Part shown: positions 7,271 to 12,546 of the stretch, one piece after another
Layout of the letters: every line of letters begins with the position of its first letter
How positions within the stretch are numbered: the stretch's first letter is position 1
Origin: Octopus sinensis
Lineage: Eukaryota
Assembly (NCBI RefSeq): GCF_006345805.1
Contig: NW_021826617.1
Span: 1-12,546, forward strand
DNA length: 12,546 bases
Direction: 5' to 3'
Notes under the pieces: generated by a model
Seen by the model: only the letters and a program-made list of their open reading frames with translations
What the model was told of the DNA's origin: nothing
Database searches by the model: none
Program-made: the position numbers and the translations under genes

Positions 7271-7742
7271 CAACAACAACATCAACAATACTGCCACCAC
7301 CGCCACCGCCACTGCCACCGCCACCGCCACTGCCACCGCCACCGCCGCCGCCGCCGCCACCACCACCACCACCACCACAACGACCATCACCACCGCTACC
7401 ACCACCACCACCAACCACACCACCACCACCACCACCACCACCACCACACCACAACAACAACAACAACACACAAACAACATCAACAATACTGCCACCACCG
7501 CCACCGCCACTGCCACCGCCACCGCCGCCGCCGCCGCCGCCGCCACCACCACCACCACCACCACCACAACGACCATCACCACCGCTACCACCACCACCAC
7601 CACCACTACCACTAACAACAACAACAACAACACCACCACTATCACTAACAACAACAACAACACTGGACCACCACCACCACCCACCACCACCACCACCACC
7701 ACCACCACCACCACCACTCACTACCACCACCACTACCACTGC
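7114..7742. repeat. Compound (CAC)/(CAA)/(CCG) microsatellite with a ~198-bp higher-order duplication
   Basis: CATCAACAATACTGCCACCACCGCC at 7280 and 7478; CACAACGACCATCACCACCGCTACC also occurs twice. Confidence 0.92.
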
Positions 7743-7841
7743 TTCTGCCAATAGTTTAAACGCCATTCTGGAGAATGTTGCAAAGGCTCATTAGTAACTA
7801 ACGAGGCGGTATTTTCTTGGTATGTTTCTCATAACTATTTT

Positions 7842-7857
7842 CACACTCACACACACT

Positions 7858-7897
<40 letters not shown>

Positions 7898-7950
7898 CCA
7901 CACGCATGCGCACATACACACACACGCATGCGCACATACAGTCACACACA
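7842..7950. repeat. (CA)n compound microsatellite
   Basis: Read directly; includes a duplicated CACACGCATGCGCACATACA. Confidence 0.92.
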
Positions 7951-7999
7951 ACTCGGTCACATCTACATATAAACATAGACTGATTCAGCCCTTGGCGTG

Positions 8000-8115
8000 A
8001 TACCTCTGTGGTTGAAGGACATGCTAGAAATATCAACCAACGTCCCGCTGTTGTCTTTTAAATGAGGAAGGACATACTGGCCAATAGAGATTTTCATCAG
8101 GGATGACATGAACTC
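8000..8115 (+). repeat. Old interspersed repeat (family D) fragment
   Basis: CCTCT...CTAGAAA...CCAA...AAGGACATACTGGCCAAT resembles the reverse complement of 10340-10680. Confidence 0.45.
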
Positions 8116-8145
8116 AACAACACTAGTAACAACAACAATGATAAC

Positions 8146-8296
8146 GGTTTCGAAATTTGGCACAAAGCCCGCAATTTCGAGGGACCGAGTGAGTCGATTC
8201 CATTAACCCCCAGTGTTTAACTGGTACTTTGTCGATTATGAAAGCATGAAAGGCAAAGTCGACCGCTGTGGAATTCGAACTCAGAATGTAAAGAGC
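8146..8296 (-). mobile_element. SINE family A, lacking the 5' head
   Basis: CCCCAGTGTTTAACTGGTACTT...ATGAAAGGCAAAGTCGACC...GAACTCAGAATGTAAAGA. Confidence 0.8.
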
Positions 8297-8313
8297 AACA
8301 AGCAGAGCCAATA

Positions 8314-8600
8314 CTTCTCTGAACTGAGAGATCACAGCTCCGATGCCATGGAGATGTGGTAAGACGGTCTCTGGAAATAATTGATGGACAGGTTTTAAAG
8401 GCAAAAACCAACAGTCAGGAGACCCAGGGGTAGATTGCAAATAGGATGGTTGGATAACATCCGTGAGCTTGGTTGGTCGCGTTTGGGTATTTAAATGGAT
8501 CAACTGGAGATGGTAGCTTCTGAAAGGACCCGATGGAAGGCATGCTTGGGGAGTCTGCATCCTCCCAGAATTAAGCGAGCGAAGAAGATGAGATGACATG
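8314..8600 (+). mobile_element. RTE-like non-LTR retrotransposon 3' fragment
   Basis: Translates with stops and a frameshift as ERSQLRCHGDVVR...QVLKAKT / RRPRGRLQIGWLDNIRELGWSRLGI*...VASERTRWK. This matches the RTE C-terminal LRWxGHVxR...RPRGRPxxRWxD...AxDRxxW pattern; (GAT)-rich tail. Confidence 0.8.
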
Positions 8601-8607
8601 AAATGCA

Positions 8608-8784
8608 TTTGGGCCAAGGCTAGAAATTTCGGGGAAGCTGTAAGTCAATTACATCGACCCCAGTGCTGGACTGGTCCTTAATTTATCGATTCTGAAAAGA
8701 GTTTGAACTTAGAACGTAAAGACGGACGAAATGCCGCTAAGCACTTTGTCCGGTGTGGTAACACGTCTGCCAACTTACCACCTT
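8608..8784 (-). mobile_element. SINE family A
   Basis: CGTAAAGACGGACGAAATGCCGCTAAGCA is identical to 5581-5609; central domain partly deleted. Confidence 0.85.
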
Positions 8785-9033
8785 ACACTATTGTAAAATT
8801 ACGATAAATTGAATAATTTCTTGGATTCTTTGACACCTGCTGAAAACTTTGTCTTCCTGTAGTGAGACTTTCTGCTGGGTGGTAACATGTCCCTACCCCG
8901 ACTTCCCTCACTTGACGGGTTCATTTCAACAGCAGAACCTGACGCAATTGTCTTCTGCCGTTCTTTGCTTTGGAAATACGCTTTCTTATACGAGTGGTTT
9001 GTGAATATATTCATCCATAATGAAAGATGACGA

Positions 9034-9247
9034 CTGGAGTAGGGTACTTACTGAAGAGTTGGGTACTTATCGAAAAACTGGATGCTTATCTGAAATGTTG
9101 GGTACCTGTCGAAGAGTTAGGTACTTGCCGAAGTTGTTGGATACTTACTGAAGAGTTGAGTACCCGCCGAAAAGTTGGGTACCTGCTTAGGAATTGGGAA
9201 CTTGCTAAAAAGTTGGAGGGTACATACCAAAGAGTTGGGTACTTGGT
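9034..9247. repeat. Diverged ~19-bp minisatellite, ~11 copies (consensus GAAGAGTTGGGTACTTRCY)
   Basis: Units start at about 9034, 9053, 9072, 9092, 9111, 9130, 9150, 9169, 9188, 9207 and 9229. Confidence 0.9.
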
Positions 9248-9580
9248 GATAAGTTAAGAAATTTACTTCCAAATCATGAAGTCCTGAGTTCCATCTCAGC
9301 TGGATGGATAAGTGTATTTTATAATAACCTTGGGTTTCCACATTCCTTGTGAAAATAAATGCAAAGGCGGAAACTGCTTGGAAGCCTGTCGATTGAATTG
9401 AATCTGTTATTCAAAGGCCGAGTCCTGTCATAAACTATGCCCCGCTAATTGTTTTGGGATATTACGTGAAAAATGCACACGTCTGTGGAGTATTCAGCCA
9501 CATACACTCTAATTCATTGACGAAGCCGTTCCGTTGATCCCACAATTGTAACAGTCATCGTCTCGACCAAGGGAGATCCA
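9248..9580 (+). mobile_element. Old SINE related to family C (diverged head/body, different tail)
   Basis: GGATAAGTGTATTTTATAATAACCTTGGG...CCTTGTGA...CGGAAACTG...GAAGCCTGTCG parallels the sense strand of 4816-4980. The 3' limit is uncertain. Confidence 0.55.
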
Positions 9581-9654
9581 TATTTACATTTTGTATTATA
9601 TTTTCTAAACAACGAATCTGCAGGTTTGTGGATCGAATTCTGGCATGGCAGTTA

Positions 9655-10266
9655 TAGTTACTGTTGTTGTTGTTATTGATAGTGATGGTGGTAGCAGCAG
9701 CGGCAATGATGAGGGTGGTGGTGGTGGTGGTGGTGGTAATGGTAATAGTGGTGATGGTGGTGGTGGTGGTGTTGGTGTTGGTGGTGTAGACAGCAGCAGT
9801 GATGAAGAGGGTGGTGGTGGTGGTGGTGGTGGTGGTGGTGGTGGGGTGGTGATGGTGGTGTTGGTGTTGGTGGTGTAGACAGCAGCAGTGATGAAGAGGG
9901 TGGTGGTGTGGTGGTGGTGGTGGTGGTGGTGGTGGTGGTGATGGTGGTGTTGGTGTTGGTGGTGTAGACAGCAGCAGTGATGAAGAGGGTGGTGGTGGTG
10001 GTGGTGATGGTGGTGGTGGTGGTGTTAGTGGTGTAGACAGCAGCAGTGATGAAGAGGGTGGTGGTGGTGGTGGTGGTGGTGATGGTGGTGTGGTGGTGGT
10101 GGTGGTGGTGGTGTAGACAGCAGCAGTGATGAAGAGGGTGGTAGTGGTGGTGGTGGTGGTGATGGTGGTAGTGGTGGTGGTGGTGGTAATGGTGGTGATG
10201 GTGGTGGTGTTGGTGGTGTAGACAGCAGCGGTGATGATGAGGGTGGTGGTGGTGATAGTTGTAGTG
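9655..10266. repeat. (GGT)n array punctuated by a conserved 27-bp anchor
   Basis: TGTAGACAGCAGCAGTGATGAAGAGGG at 9785, 9874, 9963, 10032, 10112 and (2 changes) 10217; degenerate copy at ~9691. Confidence 0.95.
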
Positions 10267-10339
10267 TTCAGCCACAAATCGGTTCTGATGGAACAGAAGC
10301 ATGATAAAAGACGTTCCGATCACGATAATTCCGCATTAC

Positions 10340-10680
10340 GGTCTTAGTGTATCTAGGATTACATTAACCAACATGTCCTTTATTATCATTATTTAACCCT
10401 TTAGCATTTAAACAAGCCATACCAGACCCAAATAGTTTTATGTTGAAACTTGCCAGATCCGGCATCTCGCACCTGCCCAACCATGTCATCCTAAAAACAA
10501 ACAATCTCATTATCAAAATCCCCAAGCTACGAGATTAATGCCTGACTAATTCAAAACAATTTGGATAAATAAGAATTACAATTGACACAGTAATCTGAAT
10601 GCTAAAGGGATAAAAAAATGGCTGTGATTTGCGTACGATTTGGCTGCTTTTTCTAGTAGATAGATCACGTAGAGGCTCCC
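10340..10680 (-). repeat. Family D repeat split by a MITE
   Basis: The two flanks of the MITE join into a sequence resembling 8000-8115. Confidence 0.45.
10397..10609. mobile_element. piggyBac-type MITE, 213 bp
   Basis: Perfect 12-bp TIR CCCTTTAGCATT / AATGCTAAAGGG, flanked by TTAA (10393-10396) and ATAA (10610-10613). CCC termini and a TTAA target are piggyBac hallmarks. Confidence 0.82.
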
Positions 10681-10784
10681 TGTATTGTATGGCCATGGGT
10701 AGGTAGTGAAGAGGCACCACTTTCAAATGGAGGGACCATAGTTTCAGTTCTAGATATCATCTCCCACTATCCACTCACCAATTC

Positions 10785-10900
10785 TGGAATGATGGTTGAT
10801 TCTCATAGGGCCCTGCAGTTGAGATGCCTGAGGACTCTATCATAACAACCCTCTTAGGAATAGTAAGCAGAGAAGTGGGATAGATTGATGGATGGATGGT
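10785..10900 (+). mobile_element. RTE-like 3' tail fragment
   Basis: GATGGTTGATTCTCATAGGGCCC...ATGCCTGAGGACTCT resembles 8509-8556; ends in (GATG)n. Confidence 0.5.
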
Positions 10901-10940
10901 CATGGTTCGAATGTCTTTGATGTGGGCGACGTGGGACTTA

Positions 10941-11448
10941 AACAACATCAACAAATACAAGACGACGGCGATGACGACGACCACTACCACCACCACCGCC
11001 AGCACCAGCACCAGCACCACCAGCACCAGCACCAGCACCAGCACCCCAGCACCACCACCACCATCAACAACACCACCACAAACACCACTACCACCACCAC
11101 CACTATCACCACCATCATCACCACCACCACCACCACCAAGAACCACCACCACCAAGAACCACCACAACCACCACCACCACCATCACCACCGTCAACAACA
11201 CCACCACCGCCACCACCGTCACCACCACCACCAACAACAACAACAACAAAAAGAACAGCAACGAAAGCGAAACCAAAAGTTAAACATGAACGACATTTCA
11301 TCATCATCATCATCATCATCATCGCCATCACGATCATGATCATGATCATCATCATCATTAACAACAACAACTACAAAAACAACAACAAAAACAACAACAA
11401 CAACAACACAACAACAACAACAAAAACAACAACAACAATAATAACAAC
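10941..11448. repeat. Compound (CAC)/(CAG-CAC)/(CAT)/(CAA) microsatellite
   Basis: Read directly; short unique island at ~11250-11298. Confidence 0.92.
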
Positions 11449-11489
11449 AGTGTCACCTATATTCAAATTAAAAGTGTGTTATTTGACAA

Positions 11490-11830
11490 TTAAAATGTCG
11501 GAACCATAGCGTTTTAGTTAATAGTGCTGGCGTTCATTGAGACTAATTGAGCCGCCATTAAACCGTTATTGTTCTGCCGTGTTTGTTTACTTTACACAGA
11601 GGCCATTTTTCTTTGGGAGATTATTTCATTTTATGTGTTTATATCTTATTTTATTTTCATTTTATTTTTTTATTTTTCAAAACTAGTTTTATTTGCGACG
11701 CTGTTCCTTAAAATCTTTGTTGTGCGTGCGTGGTTTGTGTACTTCGTCCGTGCGTTCCTTCCTTTGTACTGCGCACGCGTGAAACCTCTACCCAGTCCTG
11801 ACGTGTTGCAGTTTCAGTTGATTTTAATTG
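11490..11830 (-). promoter_or_regulatory. Possible Pol II promoter / 5' leader
   Basis: Unique, locally CpG-rich stretch with TGCGCACGCG (NRF1-like, 11770-11779), TGACGT (CRE half-site, 11799-11804) and YY1-like AATGGCGGC / AAAATGGCC on the - strand. Based on short motifs only. Confidence 0.25.
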
Positions 11831-11837
11831 ATTTCGG

Positions 11838-11839
<2 letters not shown>

Positions 11840-11886
<47 letters not shown>

Positions 11887-12016
11887 CATGCATACATACT
11901 TACATACACACATATACATAATAAACATTTATATACATACATGTATAAATATGTTTATATATGCATATATATGTATGCATATATATATGCATATATATAT
12001 ATTATAAATATAATAT

Positions 12017-12087
<71 letters not shown>

Positions 12088-12240
12088 ATATATATATAAT
12101 ATATATATATTATGCACGTACATGTGTATATACAGGTATATAACTGCGTATATGTATGCATATTTATGTATGTGTGTGTGTATGTATGTATATATGTATG
12201 TATATATACATATGTGTGTGTGTGTGTGTGTGTGTGTGTT
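11840..12240. repeat. (CA)n, (TA)n, (TC)n and (TG)n microsatellite block
   Basis: (CA)n 11840-11884, (TC)15 12021-12050, (TG)n 12213-12238. Confidence 0.95.
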
Positions 12241-12380
12241 GTACTAGTCATCCTTTTGGTGATTTAATGACAATATGGAGTTGACAAAGAAATATATTCT
12301 ATGCCGTGTTTGAGAGAAGTTATTTATATATCGCATATATACACTCTACGAAACTATGTAAGGGGTGTAATTGAATGCAT

Positions 12381-12396
12381 ATTATACATATATTAT

Positions 12397-12452
<56 letters not shown>

Positions 12453-12470
12453 CATACATACATATATATG
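12381..12470. repeat. (TA)n microsatellite
   Basis: Read directly from the sequence. Confidence 0.95.
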
Positions 12471-12546
12471 CAAGTTTTTTTATTTATATTTTATTTATAT
12501 ACGGAATGAAATTTGTATATGTGTTGGTGTTTGTGTGAACGGATTG

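Noticed and set aside
7037-7766. Long poly-His/Thr/Val/Gly ORFs in four frames
   Set aside because: They are translations of stop-free trinucleotide repeats on both strands, with no complex domain or splice support.
8799-9033. 71-aa minus-strand ORF in unique sequence, a possible exon
   Set aside because: No recognisable domain and only weak splice-like motifs; unsupported without RNA-seq.
9785-10243. CRISPR-like repeat-spacer pattern
   Set aside because: Spacers are (GGT)n of uneven length, there are no cas genes, and the context is eukaryotic.
9555-10323. Thr/Pro/His-rich ORFs resembling mucin or a His-rich protein
   Set aside because: The repeat unit changes frame between copies (periods 89 and 80 are not multiples of 3).
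10984-11370. Signal-peptide-like MKCRSCLTFGFAFVAVLF followed by a Gly-rich stretch (- strand)
   Set aside because: Most of the hydrophobicity and Gly content comes from (GTT)n and (GGT)n repeats, and the frame degenerates to poly-V and WC repeats. It would need transcript evidence.
11569-12251. Hydrophobic and YI/HT/RE-repeat ORFs
   Set aside because: They derive from T-rich sequence and dinucleotide microsatellites.

Overview
This is eukaryotic, repeat-rich, essentially non-coding DNA. The SINE families and the heavy (CAC/GGT)n and (TA)n load resemble an octopus or other coleoid cephalopod genome; that assignment is from recall, not a search. The main content is a Pol III tRNA-Val cluster at 976-5788. 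It holds four clean genes (2 CAC, 2 AAC), an AAC gene with a G19A change, a diverged TAC gene, two decayed copies with a CAT loop, and two 38-nt 'minihelix' copies (acceptor stem + T-arm only). Eight of these ten sit in an old ~1.3-kb tandem duplication (~745-1951 and ~2015-3369) in which equivalent slots carry different anticodons. Around the cluster are an internally deleted mariner, three SINE families, RTE-like LINE 3' fragments, two MITEs nested in other repeats, a 38-bp fold-back hairpin, two structured minisatellites and long microsatellites. No intact protein-coding gene is supported: the long ORFs are translations of trinucleotide repeats. A possible minus-strand promoter/5' leader lies at ~11490-11830.
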